DNA of 64,000 nucleotides from Fidelibacterota bacterium. GTDB taxonomy: Bacteria; Fidelibacterota; Marinisomatia; Marinisomatales; Marinisomataceae. The position numbers and the translations under genes were made by a program. The stretch's first letter is position 1. Every line of letters starts with the position of its first letter. Under the pieces are notes generated by a model. That model searched no databases and was not told where the DNA came from. It was given only the letters and a program-made list of their open reading frames with translations. Location: positions 1,868 to 65,867 of the forward strand of contig JBJKZL010000004.1 of NCBI GenBank assembly GCA_045560295.1, given 5' to 3'. Shown piece after piece: positions 50,991-60,714 of this stretch.

Positions 50991-52122
50991 AATGAAGAGT
51001 TACAATAACTTCACAACCCCACCCATTTGACATATCTAAATATCTTAAACTATTTGTTGTGGTTGCTTTGATTGAAATAATATTTTCATTTACCCCCAAT
51101 ACATTCGCAAGTGAAGATTTAATATCTTTTTTGTGTGCAGAAAGTTTTGGATTATTCAAGACAATAGAAGCATCAATCATTCCTATTGAAATATTTTGGG
51201 GTATTTTTTCCAAGATCTTTTGTAATAACTTTGTGCTTGGAATGTTTAAATATTCAGGGTTATTTGGAAAATGTTCTCCTATATCTCCCAAATTAAGTGC
51301 GCCTAGCAATGCATCAATTACTGCATGAGTGAGAACATCTCCATCTGAGTGAGCATCTGAAGCAAATTCACATTTAATTTTATGGCCACCAACAACTAGG
51401 TATTCTCCCTTAATAAGAGAATGAAAATCAATTCCTACCCCCATTCTAGCATTCTTATAAAGTATACCTTTTAGAATATCTAAATCTTCTTTTTCTGTAA
51501 TTTTTATATTTTGAGATCTGTTATGAACTATTTTTATGCTTTTGTCAAAGTATTCCAACAAGCTTGCTTCATCGGTAAACGATTGCTGCTCCTTTATGCT
51601 TATATTTTTATAACAGGATTGCAATACATCTAAATTAAATGCCTGTGGCGTTTCTGCTAACCATAAATTGCTTCTATCTATAGTGAATTCTATTTTGTTG
51701 TGATTATTTTTTTTCAACGTGTCAGAAACTGGGTGTGCTAATATCGCTCCATCATTTTCTTTGCAAGCATTAGACAATTCTTCAATATGATGATTTTTAA
51801 TTAGGGGACGTGCAGCATCATGTATGAATACAAGCTTAATAGCATTATCTAATTTTTGAATAGCGCTATAAACAGAGTTAGCTCTTGTCTCTCCACCCTC
51901 GCACAATATAATAGTCTTATTAGACTGATAAGTAGATAAATCTTTCTCAACTTGGCCTAATAAATCATTAGGAAGAACTAAATAAATAATATCTACTAAG
52001 TGCGATTCATTAAAGACATCAAGACTGTGTTGGTATACTGGTTTATTATTTAAAGAGGCAGTTTGCTTGTAACTACCAAACCTACTTCCTCTTCCACCAG
52101 CAACTATTACTCCAGCATTCAT
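50980..52122 (-). CDS. ispDF: Bifunctional IspD/IspF
   Basis: AGGRGSRF, HDAARP, ETPQ and NIKIT, then GIDFH, HSDGDV, DIGEHFP and IKATT. Confidence 0.92.
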   Translation of the reverse strand: MNAGVIVAGGRGSRFGSYKQTASLNNKPVYQHSLDVFNESHLVDIIYLVLPNDLLGQVEKDLSTYQSNKTIILCEGGETRANSVYSAIQKLDNAIKLVFIHDAARPLIKNHHIEELSNACKENDGAILAHPVSDTLKKNNHNKIEFTIDRSNLWLAETPQAFNLDVLQSCYKNISIKEQQSFTDEASLLEYFDKSIKIVHNRSQNIKITEKEDLDILKGILYKNARMGVGIDFHSLIKGEYLVVGGHKIKCEFASDAHSDGDVLTHAVIDALLGALNLGDIGEHFPNNPEYLNIPSTKLLQKILEKIPQNISIGMIDASIVLNNPKLSAHKKDIKSSLANVLGVNENIISIKATTTNSLRYLDMSNGWGCEVIVTLHYEN

Positions 52123-52128
52123 AAGTTA

Positions 52129-53181
52129 TTATGTAATAAGCATTGCATCGCCATAACTCAAAAACTTGTAATTTTTCTTTTTGGCTTCTTTATATGACTG
52201 TTTTACAAAATTATATCCGGCGAAAGCAGAAGTTAGCATTAAAAGAGTGCTTTCTGGTTGGTGAAAACTAGTAATTAAACCATCAACTATTTTAAACTCA
52301 TGCGGAGGGTGGATAAACTTATTAGTCCAACCTTTTTTTGGAGAAATTTGAAAACCTGAAACATTCACAGTTTCTAATGCTCTTACAGTTGATGTTCCTA
52401 CTGCAAAAATTCTCCTTCTTTTTCTTTTAGCTTCATTGATAGCTAGTGCAGTTTCAGGGCTCACTTCAAAATATTCTGAATCCATATGGTGTCTATTTAA
52501 ATCCTCTACCTGTACCGGCTTAAAAGTTCCAAGCCCGATATGTAAAGTAATATTATATATTCTTACACCCTTCTTTTTAAGAGCTGTAATTAATTCTGGT
52601 GTAAAGTGTAACCCTGCAATAGGAGCTGCAACTGCTCCTCTTTTTTCAGCATAAACCGTTTGGTATCTTAGCGAATCTTGTTTAGTTGCAGGTCTTTCAA
52701 TATGTGGAGGTAATGGAGGGTGGCCAATTTTGTTTAAAATATCATCAAAGTTCTGATCCCCAAATTCAAACCTTACTACTCTACCACCCGATACTGTATT
52801 ATCAATAACGTCACAGAATAAATCTTTAGATAAAATTAATTTATTACCAATTCTTACCTTTCTGGCAGGCTTAACCAATACCTCCCACAATCTATCACCA
52901 AGCTCTCTGAGTAGAAAAATTTCTACCTTGGCATCTGTTCTATCTTTAGTGGCATATAGCTTGGCTGGAAATACTTTAGTGTTATTCATAATCAACAAAT
53001 CATTTTTTTGAAAATGATCAATAATCTTTGAAAATCTACTATGTTTAATAGATCTTTCTTCTCGATTCAATACCATCATTTTTGCACTATCTCTTTTTGC
53101 TCTCGGTTTTTGTGCAATATATTTTTTAGGAAGCTGATAACGGAAGTCCGTTAGTTTATATTTTTTCTTTTTTTCAATCAT
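52129..53181 (-). CDS. queA: SAM:tRNA ribosyltransferase-isomerase
   Basis: NNTKVFPA, PLPPHI, YQTVYA, AGLHFT, AVGTSTVRALE, SYGDAM. Confidence 0.96.
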   Translation of the reverse strand: MIEKKKKYKLTDFRYQLPKKYIAQKPRAKRDSAKMMVLNREERSIKHSRFSKIIDHFQKNDLLIMNNTKVFPAKLYATKDRTDAKVEIFLLRELGDRLWEVLVKPARKVRIGNKLILSKDLFCDVIDNTVSGGRVVRFEFGDQNFDDILNKIGHPPLPPHIERPATKQDSLRYQTVYAEKRGAVAAPIAGLHFTPELITALKKKGVRIYNITLHIGLGTFKPVQVEDLNRHHMDSEYFEVSPETALAINEAKRKRRRIFAVGTSTVRALETVNVSGFQISPKKGWTNKFIHPPHEFKIVDGLITSFHQPESTLLMLTSAFAGYNFVKQSYKEAKKKNYKFLSYGDAMLIT

Positions 53182-53198
53182 TAATTTAATTCTCCTAT

Positions 53199-54197
53199 CT
53201 ATTTTTGTTTTGATATACCAAACAGTTTGTATGCTTTATCTGTTGCTTTACGACCCCTAGATGTTCTTTCGATGAAGCCCTCTTTTATCAAATACGGTTC
53301 ATATACATCTTCGATTGTCTGCACATCTTCATTCACTGAAATTGCTAAAGATTTTCCGCCTGTAGGTCCTCCATTAAAATTAAGAATAAGATTTTTTAAT
53401 ATTTTTCTGTCCATTTCTTCAAGTCCATTTTCGTCAATACCTATACTCTCTAACGAACTTTTTGCACTATCTATATTTATTGTTTTAATTTTTTTTACTT
53501 GAGCAAAATCTCTTACCCTCTTTAATACTCTATTTGCAATTCTTGGTGTTCCTCTTGACCTTCTAGCAATTTCATAAAGAGCATCGTCGTTAACCTGTAT
53601 TTCTAAAATTCCCGCTGTTCGTTCTAAAATTTTATATAGGTCATCAGTATTATAAAAGTCTAATCTAAATATGGCTCCAAATCTATCGCGCATAGGTGTA
53701 GAAATATTTCCTAACCTTGTAGTAGCTCCAACCAGTGTAAACGGTTCCAAGTCTATTCTTACCGTTCTGGCATTGGGGCCTGAATCAATGAGTATATCAA
53801 TCTTGTAGTCTTCCATAGCTGAGTATAAATATTCTTCAACTGATGTATTCATTCTATGAATTTCATCTATAAATAATACGTCACAGCTCTGTAGATTTGT
53901 TAACATACCAGATAAATCTCCTGGTATAGATATGACTGGACCTGAAGACCCGTAAAATCCTTGTCCTAGTTCTGCTGCTATTATATTAGATAAAGTGGTT
54001 TTGCCTAAGCCTGGAGGGCCATATAGAAGAATATGATCTAAGGCCTCTTCTCGCTCTTTTGCTGCCAAAATATAGGTTTTTAGTGAGTGTACTAAGGCTT
54101 CTTGGCCAACAAATTCATCAAATAGGTTTGGTCTAATTTGCTTATCAAAATTACGCTCCTCATTGGATGAAATAACTATTTTTTCTTCACTATCCAC
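53199..54197 (-). CDS. ruvB: Holliday junction helicase RuvB
   Basis: GPPGLGKTTL, LFIDEIHR, GATTR, SRGTPRIANR, EPYL. Confidence 0.97.
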   Translation of the reverse strand: MDSEEKIVISSNEERNFDKQIRPNLFDEFVGQEALVHSLKTYILAAKEREEALDHILLYGPPGLGKTTLSNIIAAELGQGFYGSSGPVISIPGDLSGMLTNLQSCDVLFIDEIHRMNTSVEEYLYSAMEDYKIDILIDSGPNARTVRIDLEPFTLVGATTRLGNISTPMRDRFGAIFRLDFYNTDDLYKILERTAGILEIQVNDDALYEIARRSRGTPRIANRVLKRVRDFAQVKKIKTINIDSAKSSLESIGIDENGLEEMDRKILKNLILNFNGGPTGGKSLAISVNEDVQTIEDVYEPYLIKEGFIERTSRGRKATDKAYKLFGISKQK

Positions 54198-54205
54198 TAT
54201 ACACT

Positions 54206-54234
54206 AAGATAATTAGAGAAACATGGTTATCCAA
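54206..54234 (-). promoter_or_regulatory. Sigma70-like promoter of ruvB
   Basis: TTGGAT-17 nt-TATCTT-8 nt-GTG. Confidence 0.55.
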
Positions 54235-54238
54235 AAAT

Positions 54239-57061
54239 TTATTTTATTACTTTTTGTAAAAACTTTCCTGTTATGGACTTTTTATTTTTAGAAATATCAA
54301 AAACAGTGCCTTGAGCTACCATTTTTCCGCCCCCCTCTCCGCCTTCTGGGCCAAGATCAATAATCCAATCTGCACATTTGATAACATCTAGATTATGCTC
54401 TATAACAATCACTGTATTGCCCTGATCAACTAACTTTTGTAATACCAACATTAACATTTGGATGTCATCTACATGTAACCCTGTGGTTGGCTCATCTAAA
54501 AAGTAGACTGTATTTTTTGTATTATTTTTTGAAAGCTCAGTGGAAAGCTTAATGCGTTGAGCTTCACCACCAGACAGTGTAGTTGCTTGTTGGCCTAGCT
54601 TAATATAGCCTAATCCGACATCATGAAGTGTATCCAGGCGCTTTTTTATAGAAAAAATATTTTTGAAAAATACTCTGGCTTCATCTACAGAAAGAGCTAA
54701 TACATCCGCAATATTTAACCCCTTATATTCAATTTGTAAAGTTTCACTATTATATCTTTTTCCATTACAATCTTCACAATTCACATATACATCTGGTAAA
54801 AAATTCATTTCAATTTTAATAATTCCTGCTCCTTGACACTTTTCACATCTTCCGCCTTTTACATTAAATGAAAATCTTCCTAGTTTATATCCTCTTAATT
54901 TAGCCTCTCTTGTTTGTGAAAATAGATCTCTTATATGAGTGAAAATTCCAGTATAGGTTGCTGGATTTGATCTAGGAGTTTTCCCAATTGGTTTTTGATC
55001 AACATTAACCACTCTTTCAACCCTGTCCGCTCTTAATAAGTTTTTGAATGGTAGCATATCTTTAACTCCAAAGTTGACCAAATTAGACAAGGCTGGATAA
55101 AGAGTTTGATTTATAAGAGAACTTTTTCCACTTCCTGACACTCCTGTTACCGCTATCAGACGGTCATAAGGGAAGCTTACATCAATATTTTTTAAATTAT
55201 TACCCTCTGCCCCTTGAATCGTAAAATGATCAAAGGTTACTGTTCTATAGTCCGGTAAAGGAATGTATTTTTCTCCAGATAAATATTTGCCAGTTAGTGT
55301 TTTTTTATTAGATAAAATTTGTTTTAATGTACCTGAGAAAACAACTTCCCCACCATTTGCACCTGCTTTAGGGCCCATATCAATAATTTGATCTGCAGAC
55401 TCCATTGTATTTAAATCATGCTCTACGACTATGACTGTGTTGCCAATATCTTTTAATGATTGTAGCGTTTGAATTAGTCGATCATTATCTCTGGGATGCA
55501 GTCCAATGGAAGGCTCATCTAAAACATAAAGCACTCCAGTAAGTTGTGAGCCTACTTGCGATGCAAGTCTAATTCTTTGAGCTTCTCCACCCGATAAAGT
55601 TCGTGATGCCCTATCTAATGTTAAGTAGCTAAGGCCTACATTAATTAAAAAATTTAATCTCTTTTTTACTTCTTTTAAAATGCCGTCTGCAATATCATGG
55701 TCACTTTTAGAAATTTTAAACTCTTCAAAAAATTTCAGTGCATCTTCTATATTTTTCGCACATAAAGCTCCAATATTTTCTTCATCTATTTTAACATGCA
55801 TTGAAGACTCTTTTAATCTTTTACCCTTACAGCCATCACACTTTCTTGTACTCATAAAGCCTTCAATCCAACGACGAATTCCATAAGATTGTGTTTGTTT
55901 GTAGCGCCTTTGAAGTTCTGGAATTACTCCTTCCCACTCACCGGTATAAGTACCAGACCATTTTTTGTTTTTAAAATCAATGTCTAGGTTATGGCCTTTT
56001 AAACCATATAAAATAATTGTTCTTACTTCTGTGCTTAGTTGATTCCATGGCTTAGAAAAAGAAAGGGGGTGTTTTCTAGCTAAAGCTCTCAATTTATTCC
56101 CATGAAATCCTTTTGGCTGACTTCCTATTGGACGAATTGCTTCTTGAATAAGTGATTTTTTATTATTCGGTACAACCAATTCTGGGTCAATCTCTGTAAT
56201 ATAGCCCAAACCATCACACTGTTGACATGCCCCATATGGAGAGTTAAATGAAAACATTCGTGGTTTTAAATCAGAAAGCATTATATATGGATGATATGCA
56301 CATGCAAAGTGCTCACTAAACATAAAATCTTCTTTCCCATTAATACTTATAATACAGATACCCCCACCCATTTTTAGAGCAAGCTCAACAGATTCTAACA
56401 AACGAGATTTCACTTCTTCATTAATAACAACTCTATCTATTAAAACATCTATATCATGATTTTTATTTTTTTCCAGCGTATCCGGCTTCCTTAAAGAAAC
56501 AATTTTTTTATCAATTCGTGCTCTCAAAAACCCTTTTTTCTTTATATCATCAATTACGCTTTTGTGTTCTCCTTTACGACCTTGAATAACTGGCGACAAA
56601 ATGTAGGCTTTTTCATCAAGATGTAATTTTAGAATTTGGTTTACTATTTGATCTGGCGTCTGCCTGCTAATCTCCCTATCACATTCCCAGCAATGCGGCT
56701 TACCTATGCTTGCGTATAATAATCTCAAATAGTCATGTATTTCTGTGATTGTTCCAACTGTAGATCTTGGATTTCGCGAACCGGTTTTTTGTTCAATGGA
56801 TATGGCTGGCGATAATCCCTCAATTGTATCAACATCTGGCTTTTCCATTAGGTCTAAAAATTGTCGTGCGTAAGCAGAGAGAGATTCCACATACCTTCTT
56901 TGACCCTCTGCATATATTGTATCAAATGCCAATGAGGATTTACCCGATCCAGATGGACCGGTTATCACGACTAGTTTGTTCTTTTCAATATCGACATTTA
57001 TATCTTTAAGATTGTGCTGTCGGGCACCCCTAATTAGTAATTTATTTTTCATATTTTTCAT
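54239..57061 (-). CDS. uvrA: Excinuclease ABC subunit A
   Basis: GARQHNLK, two ABC cassettes (GSGKSS, LSGGEAQRI, LDEP), zinc fingers. Confidence 0.97.
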   Translation of the reverse strand: MKNMKNKLLIRGARQHNLKDINVDIEKNKLVVITGPSGSGKSSLAFDTIYAEGQRRYVESLSAYARQFLDLMEKPDVDTIEGLSPAISIEQKTGSRNPRSTVGTITEIHDYLRLLYASIGKPHCWECDREISRQTPDQIVNQILKLHLDEKAYILSPVIQGRKGEHKSVIDDIKKKGFLRARIDKKIVSLRKPDTLEKNKNHDIDVLIDRVVINEEVKSRLLESVELALKMGGGICIISINGKEDFMFSEHFACAYHPYIMLSDLKPRMFSFNSPYGACQQCDGLGYITEIDPELVVPNNKKSLIQEAIRPIGSQPKGFHGNKLRALARKHPLSFSKPWNQLSTEVRTIILYGLKGHNLDIDFKNKKWSGTYTGEWEGVIPELQRRYKQTQSYGIRRWIEGFMSTRKCDGCKGKRLKESSMHVKIDEENIGALCAKNIEDALKFFEEFKISKSDHDIADGILKEVKKRLNFLINVGLSYLTLDRASRTLSGGEAQRIRLASQVGSQLTGVLYVLDEPSIGLHPRDNDRLIQTLQSLKDIGNTVIVVEHDLNTMESADQIIDMGPKAGANGGEVVFSGTLKQILSNKKTLTGKYLSGEKYIPLPDYRTVTFDHFTIQGAEGNNLKNIDVSFPYDRLIAVTGVSGSGKSSLINQTLYPALSNLVNFGVKDMLPFKNLLRADRVERVVNVDQKPIGKTPRSNPATYTGIFTHIRDLFSQTREAKLRGYKLGRFSFNVKGGRCEKCQGAGIIKIEMNFLPDVYVNCEDCNGKRYNSETLQIEYKGLNIADVLALSVDEARVFFKNIFSIKKRLDTLHDVGLGYIKLGQQATTLSGGEAQRIKLSTELSKNNTKNTVYFLDEPTTGLHVDDIQMLMLVLQKLVDQGNTVIVIEHNLDVIKCADWIIDLGPEGGEGGGKMVAQGTVFDISKNKKSITGKFLQKVIK

Positions 57062-57143
57062 ATTTTTTTTAAAAAACTTAGCATATAACTTACTTAACTA
57101 TAGAAATGATTCAAAAAAACATTTATGTTTATGTATAAATAAA

Positions 57144-57695
57144 ATGAATAGTCTTAAAAATAAACTTCTAGTTGCCATGCCTAATATGACTGATCCATAT
57201 TTTGCAGAAAGTGTTGTTCTTCTTTGTGAAGATAGTGATGATGGCGTTTTGGGTTTAATTATTAACAAACCTATTAGTCAAATGAAAGTTGTAGGTGCTG
57301 GATTGAAAAATAAATTTTTTAAAGATCTTATTTCAGAGTCTGAAAAAATTTACTTTGGGGGACCTGTAATGTTACATGAAGCCTGTGTTTTGAGCGAAAA
57401 AGACAATTCAAATATTTTATTTGATATATCAGAAAAAATTAAACTGTCTAATGATCTTGATTTAATACAAAAGATTTTATTTGATGATAAAGATCCCAAA
57501 AATACAAAATTAATTTTCGGGCATGCAGCTTGGGATTCAGATCAATTACAAAATGAAATTAAAAGAGGTGACTGGCTAATTTATAATAATACAGAACATA
57601 TTTTTAATACAAGTCCAAAATTAATTTGGGGAAGTCTCATTAAAAGTTTTGGCCTTGACCAATTAAATATAACAGGCGTAGGGGGAGTGTCTTGA
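57144..57695 (+). CDS. YqgE/AlgH family protein
   Basis: LLVAMPNMTDPYF, GLIINKP, YFGGPV, QLQNEI...W. The likely start is ATG 57144. Confidence 0.9.
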   Translation: MNSLKNKLLVAMPNMTDPYFAESVVLLCEDSDDGVLGLIINKPISQMKVVGAGLKNKFFKDLISESEKIYFGGPVMLHEACVLSEKDNSNILFDISEKIKLSNDLDLIQKILFDDKDPKNTKLIFGHAAWDSDQLQNEIKRGDWLIYNNTEHIFNTSPKLIWGSLIKSFGLDQLNITGVGGVS

Positions 57696-57847
57696 TAGCC
57701 GGTTTAAAAAGAATAATGCGAGATGTTAAAAAAAGAAAAGTCACCAAAGGGACAAATGGCATGCAGCTTATTGTAAATGGTTGGGGTTTAATCAAACAAG
57801 GTTTAAGCCTTATAAGGAGCGATGTTCGCCGCCATCACAAAAAATAG
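57692..57847 (+). CDS. Putative 51-aa basic small protein (absent from the ORF track)
   Basis: GGGGGAG Shine-Dalgarno-like, TTG overlapping the upstream TGA, open frame MIAGLKRIMRDVKKRKVTKGTNGMQLIVNGWGLIKQGLSLIRSDVRRHHKK. Confidence 0.5.
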   Translation: MIAGLKRIMRDVKKRKVTKGTNGMQLIVNGWGLIKQGLSLIRSDVRRHHKK

Positions 57848-58589
57848 TTGAGCAGTTCACAAAATCTGCCTTATCTGATAATAATAAACTAACTAATCCT
57901 GCTACATCTTCTGGGGTAGTAGTTCGGCCCATAGGATTTCTTTCAACTGTTTTTTCTACCCATTCTTCCCAATTATCAGAAATTTTTGTTAGTGCTCTGG
58001 TTGGCGTAATGCCAGCTTGTATAGTATTTGCAGTAATTCCTTGTGAACCAAGCTCCCAACCTATTTGTCTTACAACAGCTTCAAGTGATGCCTTTGCTAC
58101 ACCGACAGGACCGTACCCTTCCATTGCTTTATAACTACCTTCGCTAGTAAGGCCAAGGATTCTTGATCCTTTTGATAGGAGGTTGTGTTCAAGTAATATT
58201 TGAGTCCAATAGATCAGACAGTGCGCCATCACATGTTGTGTCATGTCCATTTGTCTTTGCCTTACTGGTGTGGGCTCAAAAAAATTTGTGGTGCTGCCAA
58301 AAGCAATAGAATGCATCAATAGCTTAATTGATTGATTTTTGGTGATTGAAGCAATTTCTTCTATGTGCTTAGACATAACTTCTTTGTCTGCTGCATTCTC
58401 ATTCCAAAAATGTGCGCGTCCACCATTGATTTTTTGTATTTCTTTTTTTAGTGTCTCTGCTTCTCTCTTTATAGAACCTCGATCTAGGTGAAATCCAATA
58501 ATGCCATAACCTTCCTTAGCTAACGCTAATGCGGTTGCAGCTCCGTGTCCTGTAGAACACCCTAAAATGATTGCCCACTGTTTACTCAT
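57810..58589 (-). CDS. SDR, enoyl-ACP reductase-like (FabL/FabI type)
   Basis: GCSTGHG, HSIAFG, Y-x6-K (YGPVGVAK), NPMGR...PEDVA. Confidence 0.8.
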   Translation of the reverse strand: MSKQWAIILGCSTGHGAATALALAKEGYGIIGFHLDRGSIKREAETLKKEIQKINGGRAHFWNENAADKEVMSKHIEEIASITKNQSIKLLMHSIAFGSTTNFFEPTPVRQRQMDMTQHVMAHCLIYWTQILLEHNLLSKGSRILGLTSEGSYKAMEGYGPVGVAKASLEAVVRQIGWELGSQGITANTIQAGITPTRALTKISDNWEEWVEKTVERNPMGRTTTPEDVAGLVSLLLSDKADFVNCSTIFCDGGEHRSL

Positions 58590-58639
58590 AGAAATTCAAT
58601 TTAATAAATACTAATTCAATTAAGTATTATATTCTCACA

Positions 58640-59731
58640 ATGAAATTAAATTGCGGATTTGTAGGATTACCAAATGTGGGGAAATCAACCCTGTTTAATG
58701 CACTAAGCAAAAATAATATTGCAGCGGAAAACTACCCCTTTTGTACAATAGAGCCAAATACTGGAGTCGTAGAAGTTCCTGATATAAGACTTGATGATTT
58801 ATCAAAAATTTTTAACCCAGAAAAAACTATTTATAACACAATAGAATTTATTGATATTGCTGGGCTAGTGAAAAATGCGCACCAAGGAGAAGGTCTAGGT
58901 AATCAATTTTTATCGCAAATTCGATCAGTGAAAGTAATCATCCAAGTAGTTCGATTTTTCTCAGATAAAAATATTACTCACGTTGAAAATCGTCTTGATC
59001 CCCTTGATGATATGGAAATTATTAATACGGAGCTAGTCTTAGCTGATATGAAAACCGTAGAGAGGTCTATAGAAAAAAATCAAAAAATTCTTAATGCTAA
59101 TAAACCAGAGGGTAAAATAGCTGAAGGTGCTCTTACCGGTCTTCTAGCTCACCTGAATGAAGGGTTGGCTGCAAGATCATTTAAAAGAGATTCAAAGCAG
59201 GATGATGTTATTAAGAACTTATTTCTTTTAACGGATAAGCCAATGATTTATGTAGCAAATGTAGATGATCATTCTATTGATACAGATCAAATATCTAAAG
59301 CTAAACAGATTGCCACTAACAACCTCTCATCGTTCGTAACAATTAATGGAAAGTTAGAATCAGAAATGGCTGATTTTGATGAAGAAGAGAAAATAATAAT
59401 TTTAGAAGACTATAATTTAAAAGAAACCGGCTTAAACACATTAATAAAAGAGGCATATAATACTCTTGGTCTTCAAACATTTTTTACATGCGGTGAAATG
59501 GAAGTGCGCGGCTGGACAATTAATAAAGGTGAGTGTGCGGTAGATGCCGCTGCCGAAATTCATACAGATTTTGCAACAAAATTTATTAAAGCAGAAATTT
59601 ATACTTATGATGACGCCATTAAACATCAAGATAATATTAAAGAATTGAAAACATTGGGTTTGGTGAAAAATGTTGGAAGAGATTATATTATGCAAGAAGG
59701 TGATGTTGCATACTTTATTAAAGGACAATGA
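58640..59731 (+). CDS. ychF: Ribosome-binding ATPase YchF
   Basis: GLPNVGKSTLFNAL, NYPFCTIEPN, DIAGLV, GEGLGNQFL. Confidence 0.97.
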   Translation: MKLNCGFVGLPNVGKSTLFNALSKNNIAAENYPFCTIEPNTGVVEVPDIRLDDLSKIFNPEKTIYNTIEFIDIAGLVKNAHQGEGLGNQFLSQIRSVKVIIQVVRFFSDKNITHVENRLDPLDDMEIINTELVLADMKTVERSIEKNQKILNANKPEGKIAEGALTGLLAHLNEGLAARSFKRDSKQDDVIKNLFLLTDKPMIYVANVDDHSIDTDQISKAKQIATNNLSSFVTINGKLESEMADFDEEEKIIILEDYNLKETGLNTLIKEAYNTLGLQTFFTCGEMEVRGWTINKGECAVDAAAEIHTDFATKFIKAEIYTYDDAIKHQDNIKELKTLGLVKNVGRDYIMQEGDVAYFIKGQ

Positions 59732-60714
59732 TGCAAAAAAAAATAAAAATTAGTGTTATTGGTGCAGGACATTTAGGCAAGTATCATATTAATCATTTAT
59801 CAAAGCACGCCAATATTGATTTTGTCGGATTTTATGACGCTAATCAAGAGAGTGCTGCTATGGTAGCAAAAGAATTTTCAGTAAAAAATTTTGGGAATGT
59901 GGATGATCTAATATCTATTTCTGATGCAGTGCACATTGTTACGCCTACGAATTTTCATCATGAAATTGCTATCAAATGCTTGCAAAAAAATAAAGACATT
60001 TTTATTGAAAAACCTATAACTAGCAATACGGCACAGGCTAATGAAATCATTGAATTAGCACTTTCTAGAAAATGTATTGTGCAGGTAGGCCACATTGAAA
60101 GGTTTAATCCAACTATTAACAGGCTTAAAGATATTGTTTCTGAACCTCACTATATAGAAATAGAAAGATTGGCTCCCTTCCAGGCAAGAGGCACTGAAGT
60201 CCCAGTAGTTCTGGATTTGATGGTCCATGATATTGATTTAATTGTATCTATGGTTGATTCGAATATTATAGATATTCATGCAAGCGGTGCTAAAATGATG
60301 AGTGAAACAGTGGATCTTGCTCATGCGCATATTAAATTTGAAAATGGCGTTGTTGCAAACTTAAAATCAAGTAGAATTGCTCAAAATTATGTTAGGAAGA
60401 TTCGTACATATCAAAATAATCTTTACACTATTACAGATCTGATGATTCCTCAAATTGAGGTATATGGCCTTGAAAAAACTTCTATATTTTCTGATAAATG
60501 TATTGAAAAAGCTATTGATACAGCCGGTGGGGCAAAAAATTTATTTTACGACAAAATAATACCAGAAAAACAAGATGCTCTTTTAGCTGAAATAAATGAT
60601 TTCATTAAATCTATAAATAGTCGGAATGCTCCAAAAGTTGATGGCAAACAAGGATTACAGGCGCTAGAAATTGCTCTAGATATTGAAAATAAAATTATTA
60701 GTAATGGCTCATAA
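59728..60714 (+). CDS. Gfo/Idh/MocA oxidoreductase (GnnA-like by position)
   Basis: GAGHLG, EKP, QVGHIERFNP, DLMVHDID. Overlaps the lpxB start. Confidence 0.87.
   Translation: MMQKKIKISVIGAGHLGKYHINHLSKHANIDFVGFYDANQESAAMVAKEFSVKNFGNVDDLISISDAVHIVTPTNFHHEIAIKCLQKNKDIFIEKPITSNTAQANEIIELALSRKCIVQVGHIERFNPTINRLKDIVSEPHYIEIERLAPFQARGTEVPVVLDLMVHDIDLIVSMVDSNIIDIHASGAKMMSETVDLAHAHIKFENGVVANLKSSRIAQNYVRKIRTYQNNLYTITDLMIPQIEVYGLEKTSIFSDKCIEKAIDTAGGAKNLFYDKIIPEKQDALLAEINDFIKSINSRNAPKVDGKQGLQALEIALDIENKIISNGS

Noticed and set aside
50980..52122. IspD-IspF fusion as a novelty
   Set aside because: Bifunctional IspDF is well known in many bacteria.
57062..57143. AAACAT-tt-ATGTTT palindrome between uvrA and yqgE as a LexA/SOS box
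   Set aside because: Short, AT-only-rich, and not clearly repeated before ruvB, mutY or alkA. Chance is likely.
58590..58625. AATTCAATT direct repeat between the SDR and ychF
   Set aside because: Two low-complexity copies in very AT-rich DNA are not enough to call an operator.
5991..59728. Many short ORFs in the track that are antisense or out of frame inside longer genes (e.g. 5991, 7032, 16042, 17321, 17706, 25102, 31885, 33469, 45862, 57781, 59441)
   Set aside because: They lie largely or wholly within well-supported genes and have no recognisable motifs, as expected for shadow ORFs.
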